Shown here one piece after another: positions 1 to 9,371 of a DNA stretch of 64,000 bases. A model generated the notes under the pieces. The model did not search any database. It had not been told where the DNA came from and saw nothing but the letters and a program-made list of their open reading frames with translations. Within the stretch, counting starts at the first letter, position 1, and each line of letters starts with the position of its first letter. Source of the DNA: Desulfocapsa sp. (lineage in GTDB: Bacteria > Desulfobacterota > Desulfobulbia > Desulfobulbales > Desulfocapsaceae). The stretch lies in the NCBI GenBank assembly GCA_024763035.1, contig JANTGG010000002.1, positions 48,970-112,969 on the forward strand, read 5' to 3'. A program made the position numbers and the translations under genes.

Positions 1-90
1 CTTCCCTTGTCCGCCTAAATTGGCTTGAAAAATACAGAAAAGTTCGTACAATACGGGGATGCAGATGACACGTGAGCTGGGGAAAAAATA

Positions 91-1002
91 GTGGCGAAGC
101 GGGAAAACATACAATCCGGTGTTGCCATGATGACCATCAGCGGTTCCCTGATACGTTCCCTTCGTGAGAAGCAGGAACTGACACAGTTGTATCTTGCCAC
201 TGCTGTGGGAGTGACCACCGAGACCATTTCCCGGTGGGAGCGTGCCGAACATCCCACCATAAAAAAAGAAAACGGGTTGAAGCTTGCTGAAGCACTGGGG
301 GTCGATCCCGATGCCCTTACAGCTTTCCCGGAAACGGCATCCCGGGATAAGGTGACAGCTGTCCCTTCATCTCCACCCGAAAAAAAAGACCGCCGCTGGC
401 TGCTTCTCTTCCTGCTCCTGCTTCCGCTCACTCTTCTCTTTTTTTACCTTTCCCCCTCTCCGCAGGTCTCTGCAGATTTTTCCGTTCAACGGATGCTGCC
501 GGAGCATACGGTGGCTGGTCATTCTTTTCCCGTGGTGATAAAAGCGGTTTCGAGTTCCCGCCAGACCAGTTCCCTTATTTTAAAAGAGCAGCTTCCGGCA
601 TCATGTAGCATTTTGCAGACGGTACCTGCCGCAGCCACTGTGGATAATAATTTGCTGAAGTGGGTTGATAAAAATGGTTCGGGTGAGCGTATCTTTGCCT
701 ATCTGGCGACCTGTGATTTTCCGGAAGAGACAGACTCTTTATTTGACGGTGCTCTTCTTATCAGACAGGCAAGCAGGCATGAGTTTCCTGTGAAGGGTCG
801 GGATCGTATCCGTTCGGAGCCGTTTCACTGGGCAGATCGGAATAAAGATAATGTGATCGATGACGAAGAGTTGCTCGGAGTGTATGACGATTACGGTCAG
901 GTGGAGGAATTGCACTTGGATGTTGAATTTATAGAGTCGATCTGGATGGGGTCCGGATATCGTCTGGGGAGTGACGGGGAAACCATAGAGATCATTCCCT
1001 GA
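91..1002 (+). CDS. XRE-family HTH protein with a TM segment and an extracytoplasmic Ig-like domain plus EF-hand-like loop (start may be ATG 127/130)
   Basis: N-terminal HTH (LREKQELTQLYLATAVGVTTETISRWE), hydrophobic stretch WLLLFLLLLPLTLLFFYL, C-terminal DRNKDNVIDDEE loop. Confidence 0.75.
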   Translation: MAKRENIQSGVAMMTISGSLIRSLREKQELTQLYLATAVGVTTETISRWERAEHPTIKKENGLKLAEALGVDPDALTAFPETASRDKVTAVPSSPPEKKDRRWLLLFLLLLPLTLLFFYLSPSPQVSADFSVQRMLPEHTVAGHSFPVVIKAVSSSRQTSSLILKEQLPASCSILQTVPAAATVDNNLLKWVDKNGSGERIFAYLATCDFPEETDSLFDGALLIRQASRHEFPVKGRDRIRSEPFHWADRNKDNVIDDEELLGVYDDYGQVEELHLDVEFIESIWMGSGYRLGSDGETIEIIP

Positions 1003-1004
1003 AG

Positions 1005-1418
1005 GTGAGTTATTACAAAAAACAGATGGGTGATAGAGTGAAATATGTACTATTTCTGCTTGTTTTTGCATGTGTTCTTCAATCCGCTGAAATCCGTGCA
1101 GAAGGTGTGCAGGCACGATACCTGGAAAACGGCGGCAGTGCGACGGTTCTTGAGTTGCTTGTCGAAGATCCGCCGCCAAGCTCTGTAATTGTTATGCAGC
1201 AGATTCCCAGCGGAGTACGGATTCAAAAGGCAGCTCCTGCATATATGAAGTACGATGCACGAAAAGGGCAGGTGAAGTGGCTGTTCAGACGTCCGGCGTC
1301 GGGGGTAAAATTGATCCGGATGCAGTACGAAAAACCCCTTGCCGGCGGCGGGGCAACGGCGGTAATCCGCTGTAAAAGCCCTGTAACCGGAAAGCTTATG
1401 ACGCTCACAGTGCCGTGA
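1005..1418 (+). CDS. Secreted hypothetical protein, paralogous to the extracytoplasmic domain of the upstream gene
   Basis: Signal-peptide-like N-terminus (VKYVLFLLVFACVLQSAEIRA); 2 bp after the upstream stop; shared SS(L/V)I..EQ/QQ(L/I)P...I....P....(L/V)KW pattern. Confidence 0.7.
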   Translation: MSYYKKQMGDRVKYVLFLLVFACVLQSAEIRAEGVQARYLENGGSATVLELLVEDPPPSSVIVMQQIPSGVRIQKAAPAYMKYDARKGQVKWLFRRPASGVKLIRMQYEKPLAGGGATAVIRCKSPVTGKLMTLTVP

Positions 1419-1632
1419 TAGATGCAGCGGGGGCAGCTGTGAAAACAACCGGTATGCTGCTTAAAGCCGAACAGAGTCCCCTTCTCCCTGATTGATACCA
1501 CCCGCATCCTTACTGAAGCTGTTGTCGAGCTGATGCTTTTGCTCTGATTCTTCTCCCCGTTCCATTTTTTTTAAATTATCACCAACGCACTGTATTTATC
1601 TGAGCTTTGCGGTGAACATGTTTTTTGCCTGC

Positions 1633-1691
1633 AAAAGTACATTGACATTTCCGTTTGTTTTGGTGTAGAAAGAAAAAGTACATGGACATTT
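1633..1691 (+). promoter_or_regulatory. lexA promoter (TTGACA-N18-TAGAAA) flanked by two near-identical 18-bp candidate LexA operators
   Basis: AAAAGTACATTGACATTT (1633-1650) and AAAAGTACATGGACATTT (1674-1691), 17/18 identical. The first overlaps TTGACA 1642-1647; the second lies just downstream of TAGAAA 1666-1671. Confidence 0.6.
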
Positions 1692-1708
1692 GTGAAAGAG
1701 GAGAGAGG

Positions 1709-2341
1709 ATGGAACTCACCGGCAGGCAGCAGCTTTTTTTTACATATCTGCAGAAAAAAATAGAGGAGAAGGGGCGATCACCGAGTCTGCGGGAAGCGGC
1801 AGAAGATATCGGAGTGAGCCGCAATGCGGTCGCCCAGCTGATTGGACAACTGGAACGCAAACAGATGATTCAGCGGGAAGGGCGATACAGCCGTTCCATT
1901 CGCATCCTTCCGGAACAGCCGATGGGAAGCAGGCAGCAGGATCGGGTGCGGGAACTTCCCGTGATCGGACAGATCACAGCCGGTCTGCCCATGTATGCCC
2001 AGCAGGAGTGGGACGGCTCAGTTCTTGTGGACAGCACGTTGTTTCCCGGCAGTAATCTGTTTTGCCTGCGTATCAAGGGGGAATCCATGCGGGATGCCGG
2101 GATCATAAACGGAGATCTGGTTGTCTGTGAACCCCGTCAGTATGCGGAAAATGGTGAGATTGTCGTGGTTCTTATACGGGAAGAGGAGGCGACCGTGAAA
2201 CGGTTTTTCCTGGGTGCCGATTATATCGAACTGCGACCGGAGAACAAAGCGTTTGCCCCCGTCCGCTACTCTTTTGCCGATATCCTTGTGCAGGGGAAGA
2301 TTGTCGGCGTGATACGGGATCATATTGCTGATGACAGGTGA
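1709..2341 (+). CDS. lexA: LexA SOS repressor (start ATG 1709 with GAGGAG SD, rather than 1655)
   Basis: Winged-HTH (SPSLREAAEDIGVS), Ala-Gly cleavage site (ITAGLP), catalytic Ser (GESM) and Lys (TVKR). Confidence 0.93.
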   Translation: MELTGRQQLFFTYLQKKIEEKGRSPSLREAAEDIGVSRNAVAQLIGQLERKQMIQREGRYSRSIRILPEQPMGSRQQDRVRELPVIGQITAGLPMYAQQEWDGSVLVDSTLFPGSNLFCLRIKGESMRDAGIINGDLVVCEPRQYAENGEIVVVLIREEEATVKRFFLGADYIELRPENKAFAPVRYSFADILVQGKIVGVIRDHIADDR

Positions 2342-3149
2342 GAGTCGCATAAATAAGCCTGGTTCCCTCTGTCCTGTCCTTATTGGCACCAGCGGCTATT
2401 CCTACACGGAATGGGTGGACAGTGACTTTTATCCTCAGGGGACAAGGGCTCCGGAAATGCTTGCCTTGTATGCCCGCAGGTTTCCCATTGTCGAACTCAA
2501 CTACACCTGGTACCAGATGGTTCGGGCAGAGGCGATCAGCCGGATGATTGCAAAGGCACCGGCAAGTTTTCTCTTTACTGCCAAACTGACCAGGACCCTT
2601 ACCCATGAGCGGGACCGGAACTGGCGGGAAGAACTGCAGAAGTACCGGGAGGGGATCAGACCGCTGCAAAGGCAGCTGGCCGCAATTCTTGTGCAGCTGC
2701 CGCCGGATTTCACCTGGACCACAGCCAACCGCTATTATCTGGCAAGCCTGCTGGACGGGCTGCATGGATTTCCTCTGGCTGTGGAGTTTCGCCATGTTTC
2801 CTGGGCCAGGGATTCGGTATTTGCGGAGCTGGAATCACGAAAAATTACGATGGTCACGGTGGATGCCCCCCCTCTGCCGGGACTGTTTCCCTGTCTCAAT
2901 GTGGTGACCAATCCCGAATTCTTCTTTGTGCGCTTTCATGGTCGCAATAAGCAGGGCTGGGTGTCCGGCAATATGCAGAAGAAGTTTGATTACTGCTACA
3001 GTGATGATGAACTGCACAGATGGAACGAACAGTATCTGCAGAAAATACGTGCGCAGACAGGAAACGGGTTTGTCTTTTTCAATAATCATGTTCGTGCCCA
3101 GGCACCGGAAAATGCACAGCAGCTCCAGAAAATCCTGCAGGAGGGGTGA
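2331..3149 (+). CDS. DUF72 (YecE-like TIM-barrel) protein
   Basis: Motifs IGTSGYSY..W...FYP, VELNYTWY, LVQLPP, AVEFRH.SW, RFHGRN, FFNNH; overlaps the lexA stop. Confidence 0.88.
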   Translation: MTGESRINKPGSLCPVLIGTSGYSYTEWVDSDFYPQGTRAPEMLALYARRFPIVELNYTWYQMVRAEAISRMIAKAPASFLFTAKLTRTLTHERDRNWREELQKYREGIRPLQRQLAAILVQLPPDFTWTTANRYYLASLLDGLHGFPLAVEFRHVSWARDSVFAELESRKITMVTVDAPPLPGLFPCLNVVTNPEFFFVRFHGRNKQGWVSGNMQKKFDYCYSDDELHRWNEQYLQKIRAQTGNGFVFFNNHVRAQAPENAQQLQKILQEG

Positions 3150-3153
3150 GGTG

Positions 3154-4320
3154 ATGCGGGATCGTTCCATTATCCACTTGAATGTCACCGATTTTGCCGT
3201 CGCCGTGGAACGTCTGCAGGACAATTCGCTGCGGGAAAAGGCGGTGATCGTGGCTCCACTGCAGGCTGCCCGCGCCCTTGTGTATGATATGAGTGAGGAG
3301 GCTTATGGTGATGGTGTGCGGAAGGGAATGCGGCTGGATATTGCCATGCGCCGCTGCCGGAAAGCCTGTGTCCTGATGCCCGAAATCAGCCGCTATCGTC
3401 AGGCGATGCAGGCAGTGCTTGGACAGGTCTGTGCCTACACACCTCTTGTGGAGCGGGGGGAGGAGGATGGACATCTTTTTCTCGATGTCACCGGCACCCA
3501 CAGATTATTTGGACCTCCCCAGGATATTGCCTGGCGTCTGCGAAAACAGGTGCTGGCAAACCTTGGTCTTGATCCTGTCTGGAGCCTTGCTTCCAGTAAA
3601 CTGGTTTCCAAGGTGGCATCCCGAATGGCACGTCCCCTTGGGGAATGTATTGTCGGGCATGGAGAAGAGGCGGAATTTCTTGCTCCCCTGTCTCTGTCTC
3701 TGCTGCCGGGAATAAAGCCCGCCGAAAGGCGACTGATGCAGGATTTCAACCTTCGTTCCATTGGAGAGCTTGCGGCTCTCAGTCGTGTTCAGCTGCGGGT
3801 TCCATTCCAAAAACGTGCAGATTTTCTACACGATATCAGCCGAGGCAGAGACAGGTCGCTGGTACTGCCCGAACGAAACGGAACTTCCCGGATCGTTTGT
3901 GAATATCACTTCGATACCGATATCTGTGAGCGACGGGTCTTGACAGATACCCTGACCCCGCTGATCCATGATATCGGTAGAGAGCTGCGTCGGAGAGGAC
4001 ATGTGGGGCAGCGAATCGGTATCAGACTTTTTTACAGTGACGGCAGGAGTGTGGTTCGGCAGGCAAGCTGTCGCGGAGGAAGCGACAACGATTTTCGTCT
4101 GCGGGAGCTGGCACTGGCGGCATTAAACAGGGCGTGGCAGAGGCGGACAAGGATTCGCAGCTGTATTCTTATCTGTGATCGTCTGCTTCCCCGTTCACGG
4201 CAGCAGACGCTTTTTTCCATGCAGAGTAAAAAAGAGGAGCAGCAGGGAAGAATGCTTGCCGCCATGGACACAATCTGCCACCGTTTTGGTAGAAACGCTG
4301 TGCGTCTGGGGACGTCGTAA
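3154..4320 (+). CDS. imuB: ImuB-like, catalytically degenerate Y-family polymerase (start ATG 3154/GTG 3151, not 2926)
   Basis: DinB-like fold with acidic catalytic residues lost (HLNVTDFAVAVE vs HxDMDAFYASVE; EEDGHLFLD vs SIDEAFLD); C-terminal RFGRNAV motif; sits between lexA and dnaE2. Confidence 0.83.
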   Translation: MRDRSIIHLNVTDFAVAVERLQDNSLREKAVIVAPLQAARALVYDMSEEAYGDGVRKGMRLDIAMRRCRKACVLMPEISRYRQAMQAVLGQVCAYTPLVERGEEDGHLFLDVTGTHRLFGPPQDIAWRLRKQVLANLGLDPVWSLASSKLVSKVASRMARPLGECIVGHGEEAEFLAPLSLSLLPGIKPAERRLMQDFNLRSIGELAALSRVQLRVPFQKRADFLHDISRGRDRSLVLPERNGTSRIVCEYHFDTDICERRVLTDTLTPLIHDIGRELRRRGHVGQRIGIRLFYSDGRSVVRQASCRGGSDNDFRLRELALAALNRAWQRRTRIRSCILICDRLLPRSRQQTLFSMQSKKEEQQGRMLAAMDTICHRFGRNAVRLGTS

Positions 4321-4373
4321 GTTCCCCCTCCGCTCTTCTGAACCCTTTTTTCTAATTTTTTCTAATTTTTTCT

Positions 4374-7361
4374 GTGTTTCCTCTAACCACACGTTCCTTC
4401 TATTCATTGATGTGCGGGGCAAGTTCCCCTGATGCACTGTGCAAAAGGGCAAAAGAGCTGGGATATTCAGGCCTCGCTCTCACCGACCGGAACACTCTCT
4501 CCGGGATGTGGGATTTTCTGCATTCCTGCAAACGGCACAGGTTGAAACCTGTTATTGGGGCGGAACTGGTCCATGCGGATCTTGATGCACCACTTGTCTG
4601 CCTGGTAAAGGATGCCGGCGGGTATGCTAATCTATGTAATGTGATCACTGTACTGAAGGACTCCCGGAAAACGCTTAATCTGGAGTATCTGCAAGAATTT
4701 CAGAATGGTTTGATATTTCTTTCTTCTTCTCCCGTGTTTCTGGAGGCTGGCAGAAAGAACGGACTGGATATCGCAGCAGACCTCGGCTGCCGTCCCACTG
4801 CCAAAAGTCGTCTTTTGTACCGCTGGGCAAAAGCCAGTGGTGTTCCAGCCGTTGCCGGCACAGCAGCGGTCATTGCCGGGGAAAACAGCAGACAGCTCTT
4901 TGCTCTTTTGCAGGCAATAGGTAAAAAGACTGTTTTTTCCATGGCAGACAGAAAAAACAGGGAGGATCCGGTTTTTCTGGAGCATCCGTCTGTATACGAA
5001 AAACGATTTTCCGTCTGGCCGGGAGTCACGGCTGCAGCCGATACGCTCGCCGGACGCTGCACTTTCAGCGGACCGGATTCCGGTATCGTTATGCCTCCCT
5101 GGAACAACAGGGGGAACACCGCGTCTGCAGTACTCCGAACCGTTGCCTATGAGGGGGCATGCAGACGCTATGGAACTGATCTTTCTGAAGTTGTGGTGGA
5201 GAGATTGGAATATGAGCTGCAGGTTATCCATGATATGGGCTTTTCCTCGTATTTTCTGGTTGTGCGCGATATCGTGCAACGTGCTCATGCTTCGACATCG
5301 TGTGGTTCTTCACGTATCTGCGGGCGGGGATCCGGGGCGGCATCGCTTGTTGCCTATTGCCTGCAGATAACAAACGTCTGTCCGGTGAAACATAATCTCT
5401 ACTTTGAGCGTTTTCTCAATCCCGGACGCACTGATCCTCCGGATATTGATATCGATTTTGCCTGGGATATGCGTGATGGTGTCCTGGATCAGGTCCTGCA
5501 TGAGCATGGAAAGCATGCGGCGATGGTGTCAACTCTGATACGCTTTGGACCACGGATGGCGATTCGGGAGACGGCAAGAGCCTTCGGGCTGGCATCCGGA
5601 GAAATTGCCAGGGTGAGCAGGCGTCTTTCCGGGCTGCATCTGCGTAAAGGGAAGACCCTTGCGACCGCTGTCCGTGACCTGCCGTCTCTGCAGGGAAGGG
5701 AACTTCCGTCACCCTGGGCGGATGTTATTGATCTCGCTTCACAGCTTATTGGCATCCCTCGCTGTCTGTCCGTGCATCCCGGCGGAGTGGTGATTACTCC
5801 GGATCCTGTTTGTTCCTATGTACCCGTCGAACGTGCCGTCAAAGGTGTTCCCGTTATTCAATGGGACAAGGACGGGGCTGAGGAGGCGGGGCTTGTGAAG
5901 ATAGATCTTCTCGGGAATCGCAGTCTTGGTGTGATTCGGGATGCCATTGAGTCGGTGCGAATAAACGGTACTGCCTTTGATGAAGAGTACTGGAATCCCG
6001 AGGAAGATCCGAAAACCAGAAGAACGGTGGCACAGGGGAAGACCATGGGCTGCTTTTATATAGAAAGCCCCGCCATGCGCCTGCTGCAGCAGAAGGCAGG
6101 TACGGGAGATTTCGAACAGCTTGTGCTGCAGTCTTCCATTATCCGACCCGCCGCCAATGAGTTTGTCCGTGAGTATGTGCGCCGGCTGCACGGCGGCAAA
6201 TGGCAGCATCTGCATCCCAAACTTGCCGAAGTCCTTGATGAAACCTTTGGTCTTATGGTGTACCAGGAAGATGTGTCCCGGGTGGCAGTGGCACTGGCAG
6301 GGTTCAGCCATGTTCGTGCCGACGGTCTGCGGAAGGTGATGTCTAAAAAAGACAAGGTGCTGCGTCTTGAACATTACCGGGATGCGTTTGCTGCGGGCTG
6401 TGCTGCAAATGGGGTGGAGAAAGAGACTGAGGAGAAGTTATGGCAGATGATGATGAGTTTTGACGGCTATTCGTTTTGCAAACCGCATTCTGCATCGTAT
6501 GCCCGGGTTTCTTTTCAGGCAGCGTATCTGAAAACCCATTATCCTGCAGAATTTATGGCGGCGGTTCTCTCCAATCAGGGCGGCTATTATTCCACTTTTG
6601 CCTATGTTTCCGAAGCGAAACGCTTGGGGCTTGTGATTCAACACCCTTGTGTTCAGAGCAGCACCATCCGCTGGCAGGGGAAGGGGATGTGTCTCCGGGT
6701 GGGACTTATGGCGGTGAGAGGGCTGTCCCGGGAACTGATGAAGCGAATTGTTCAGAGCCGTGGTGAAAAACCCTTTACCTGCAGCCTTGATTTCTGGCAG
6801 CGGGTCTTTCCCGCCAGGGATGAGGCGAAGGCTTTAATCGATTCCGGAGCCCTGGATACCATCGCCAAACGGGCAAACAGGACAGTTCTTTTCTGGGAGT
6901 TCAGTCAGGTTCGACACCTTGCGGGAGCACGGAGGAGCAGTCCGCTGTTCCCTGTGCAGCTCCCTGTCCCACCTGCTCTGCGTGATCCTGCAAAAAAAGA
7001 GTTGTTTCGGCGGGAATACCGGGTGCTTGGCTTTCTGTGTGAGAGTCATCCTCTTCTTCTCTGCAACAAACGAATAAAAGGAAGAATCCGGGCGGTTGAC
7101 TGCGCTGGATACGAGGGAAGGTCAGTTTCTTTTGCCGGCTGGCTGCTCAGTGGTAAACTGGTGTCCACTAAAAGTGGAGAAGTGATGGAATTCCTCACCT
7201 TTGAGGACGAAAGCGGTGTTTTGGAAACGACATTCTTCCCTCGGGTGTATCGGAGGTATGCGTCACTGCTGATGCCGGAAGTGCTGTATCTGCTGCAGGG
7301 CACTGTGGAAGTGGAGTATGGGGCTGTGACGCTGACAGTGAAAACGGTACGCCGTCTGTAA
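4374..7361 (+). CDS. dnaE2: Error-prone DNA polymerase III alpha (DnaE2/ImuC)
   Basis: PHP-like N-terminus, GRGSGAAS, PPDIDIDF, HPGG, KIDLLG, FCKPHSASY, C-terminal OB fold; 995 aa; SOS cassette context. Confidence 0.92.
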   Translation: MFPLTTRSFYSLMCGASSPDALCKRAKELGYSGLALTDRNTLSGMWDFLHSCKRHRLKPVIGAELVHADLDAPLVCLVKDAGGYANLCNVITVLKDSRKTLNLEYLQEFQNGLIFLSSSPVFLEAGRKNGLDIAADLGCRPTAKSRLLYRWAKASGVPAVAGTAAVIAGENSRQLFALLQAIGKKTVFSMADRKNREDPVFLEHPSVYEKRFSVWPGVTAAADTLAGRCTFSGPDSGIVMPPWNNRGNTASAVLRTVAYEGACRRYGTDLSEVVVERLEYELQVIHDMGFSSYFLVVRDIVQRAHASTSCGSSRICGRGSGAASLVAYCLQITNVCPVKHNLYFERFLNPGRTDPPDIDIDFAWDMRDGVLDQVLHEHGKHAAMVSTLIRFGPRMAIRETARAFGLASGEIARVSRRLSGLHLRKGKTLATAVRDLPSLQGRELPSPWADVIDLASQLIGIPRCLSVHPGGVVITPDPVCSYVPVERAVKGVPVIQWDKDGAEEAGLVKIDLLGNRSLGVIRDAIESVRINGTAFDEEYWNPEEDPKTRRTVAQGKTMGCFYIESPAMRLLQQKAGTGDFEQLVLQSSIIRPAANEFVREYVRRLHGGKWQHLHPKLAEVLDETFGLMVYQEDVSRVAVALAGFSHVRADGLRKVMSKKDKVLRLEHYRDAFAAGCAANGVEKETEEKLWQMMMSFDGYSFCKPHSASYARVSFQAAYLKTHYPAEFMAAVLSNQGGYYSTFAYVSEAKRLGLVIQHPCVQSSTIRWQGKGMCLRVGLMAVRGLSRELMKRIVQSRGEKPFTCSLDFWQRVFPARDEAKALIDSGALDTIAKRANRTVLFWEFSQVRHLAGARRSSPLFPVQLPVPPALRDPAKKELFRREYRVLGFLCESHPLLLCNKRIKGRIRAVDCAGYEGRSVSFAGWLLSGKLVSTKSGEVMEFLTFEDESGVLETTFFPRVYRRYASLLMPEVLYLLQGTVEVEYGAVTLTVKTVRRL

Positions 7362-7448
7362 AATTATTGCTTAGGGGAGGCTGTAAAAATTGCTTTTTTT
7401 TCTATAAGTTGGCATATTGGGGGCGAGAAACTTTTTGTGATTTGATAG

Positions 7449-7847
7449 TTGTCGTCCATAAACCCGCTGAGAGAAGTTGTGAAACGAATCTTGATAATAG
7501 ATGATGAGAAAGCTGTTCTCCTGATGCTGCGGCAGATATTGGAAATGGCGGGGTATGAAGTCTTCGAGGCCCTGAATGGTCAGGACGGGATGGTTCTCTT
7601 TGATGAGTATGGTTTTGATCTGGTGATAACGGACATGGTCATGCCCGTACAGGACGGTTTGAAGACTATTATGGCAATCACTGAGATGTATCCCCAGCTT
7701 CCAATTATTGCCATTTCCGGTGGTGGTGCTGTTCCCAAGGAACGTTATCTTACAGTGGCAGGCTATCTGGGGCAGGTCCGCACCATGCCAAAACCCGTTG
7801 ACCGCCTGGAACTCCTTGATACCGTGGAAGAATTGCTGAAAGAATAA
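7449..7847 (+). CDS. Single-domain CheY-like response regulator (start may be GTG 7479)
   Basis: ILIIDD, DLVITDMVMPVQDG, IIAISGG, KP. Confidence 0.85.
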   Translation: MSSINPLREVVKRILIIDDEKAVLLMLRQILEMAGYEVFEALNGQDGMVLFDEYGFDLVITDMVMPVQDGLKTIMAITEMYPQLPIIAISGGGAVPKERYLTVAGYLGQVRTMPKPVDRLELLDTVEELLKE

Positions 7848-7850
7848 CGC

Positions 7851-8945
7851 CTATCGTTCGGCAATCATTTTGGGGCGGTTGTTCCCGGCTTTTTCCTCTC
7901 TGCTCAGATCTGTTTTCTTTTTGAATCCATATTCCACCAGATTTTTGATGTCCGACCACATGGTTTCGCTCCCCATGATCGCCACAATGATGGCGTCATT
8001 TCCACGTTTGAATTTCCCCACGTAAGTCTGTCTGGCAGCATTGGTGTAGCCGGTTTTGCCGCCAAGCGTTCCTCTCACCTGCCACAGTGCCTTGTTGTGG
8101 TTGCGGAGGAGTTTGCCGTCGGTGGTTCTAGCCTTCACCCGTTTCATTCTCCTGGAGAAATCCGGATCGCTCATGGTATGGCGAAAGATTGCAGCAAGGT
8201 CGCTGGCAGTGCTTTTCTGCCCTTTGGCGGTGAGTCCTGAGGCTGTTTTACAGATCGTGTTGGTTGCCCCCCACAGTTTGGCACGGTGCGTCATCATTTT
8301 GGCAAAATCTTTTTCATTGCCTGCAATCTTTTCGGCAAGGGCGACACTGGCATCATTGGCAGAGGCGAGGAGGACGGCGTTGATCAGATCGTTTGCCTTG
8401 TAGGTTTTGTGCTGGTCGAGATACACTTTGGAACGGGGCTGGCGGGCTGCTTTTCGGCTGACCGAAACCCGTTCGTCATTGGAAAGTGCTTTGATGGCGA
8501 TCATACCCGTCAGGATTTTGATGGTGGATGCAGGCTGCCGCGGGGCATTGGGGTTTTTGGCGTATAGAGTTTTGCCGGTGGCAGCGTCAGTAATAATGAC
8601 ACTTCGCGAGGAAATCTTTCTCTCCATCCTTCTGGTGGTGGAGGCCGTCACTATGGGTCCGACCCGTTTTTTCGTGTGTGATATGTCGTTGGCTGCTCCG
8701 AGTATTACCAGTGCATGGGCAGCAGAAGGCGCCCGTTTTGTCTGCACCGGTGGAGACTGTTTGGCGGAACTTGCTGTTTTGCCGATCCATTTGCTGTTGG
8801 TGCTGAGAACAGGAAGGGACGTGCTGTGGGCGCCGGTACCGGTGAATACGAGAAAAGAGATAAGGAGCAGTAATAAGGAAGTAAAAGGGTGTTTTGTGAA
8901 CATTAACAGCACAGTGATTGAGTATTCGATTAATGAGCATCTCAT
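7851..8945 (-). CDS. D-alanyl-D-alanine carboxypeptidase (peptidase S11, low-MW PBP)
   Basis: SxxK (ASTIK), SxN (SAN), KTG; N-terminal hydrophobic segment. Confidence 0.88.
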   Translation of the reverse strand: MRCSLIEYSITVLLMFTKHPFTSLLLLLISFLVFTGTGAHSTSLPVLSTNSKWIGKTASSAKQSPPVQTKRAPSAAHALVILGAANDISHTKKRVGPIVTASTTRRMERKISSRSVIITDAATGKTLYAKNPNAPRQPASTIKILTGMIAIKALSNDERVSVSRKAARQPRSKVYLDQHKTYKANDLINAVLLASANDASVALAEKIAGNEKDFAKMMTHRAKLWGATNTICKTASGLTAKGQKSTASDLAAIFRHTMSDPDFSRRMKRVKARTTDGKLLRNHNKALWQVRGTLGGKTGYTNAARQTYVGKFKRGNDAIIVAIMGSETMWSDIKNLVEYGFKKKTDLSREEKAGNNRPKMIAER

Positions 8946-8974
8946 CAGATGAAATGTTACCCTATATACCGTAA

Positions 8975-9003
8975 TTACTAGCTTGTCGCTGTTTTTCTGT
9001 CAA
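8975..9003 (-). promoter_or_regulatory. Possible sigma-70 promoter of the carboxypeptidase gene
   Basis: Minus strand TTGACA-N17-TAGTAA, about 30 nt upstream of the ATG. Confidence 0.4.
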
Positions 9004-9371
9004 GTGAATTCTGTGAAACTCCACCGGCAATGGACACAACCTGAGGAAAGAGTATCATTCCTGTTTGCCGTTTGTCACCGCTATCAGGATATTGTAACCT
9101 TTAAAGACATGATTGTATCCGGACCCGGCATGGGAAGGGTATGAATTGTATGAAATGACAGAAATTGTTCCTTGGGCGTTTCCTGCATGCAGGTTGCGTG
9201 AATACTTACATAAATTTGAACAACACAGTATTTTATCGTCAAATTCTATCAGTCGGCAATCCTGAGTAATTGACCTGATATGCACTATTATGTATTATGC
9301 TCGCAGGTGCATTTTCCTGGATATGTTTTCATCCCCAATGATAATTTAAAAAACACTTATAGAGGTCTTTA

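Noticed and set aside
2926-3153. ORF-track N-terminal extension of imuB; similar extensions at 35395-35652 and 54008-54175
   Set aside because: They overlap neighbouring genes, and family homology begins at the downstream ATGs
7409-7424. TTGGCATATTGGGGGC as a sigma-54 promoter of the response regulator
   Set aside because: Spacing is correct but the -12 element lacks TTGC; too weak to call
9055-9285. 76-aa intergenic ORF and a GGCAAAC motif suggesting a c-di-GMP-I riboswitch
   Set aside because: The ORF has no motif or SD, and the GACGCAAAG and second stem of the riboswitch are absent
9278-9305. dif-like sequence (TGCACTATTATGTATTATGCTC)
   Set aside because: Only TTATG matches the XerD arm; the rest and the XerC arm diverge
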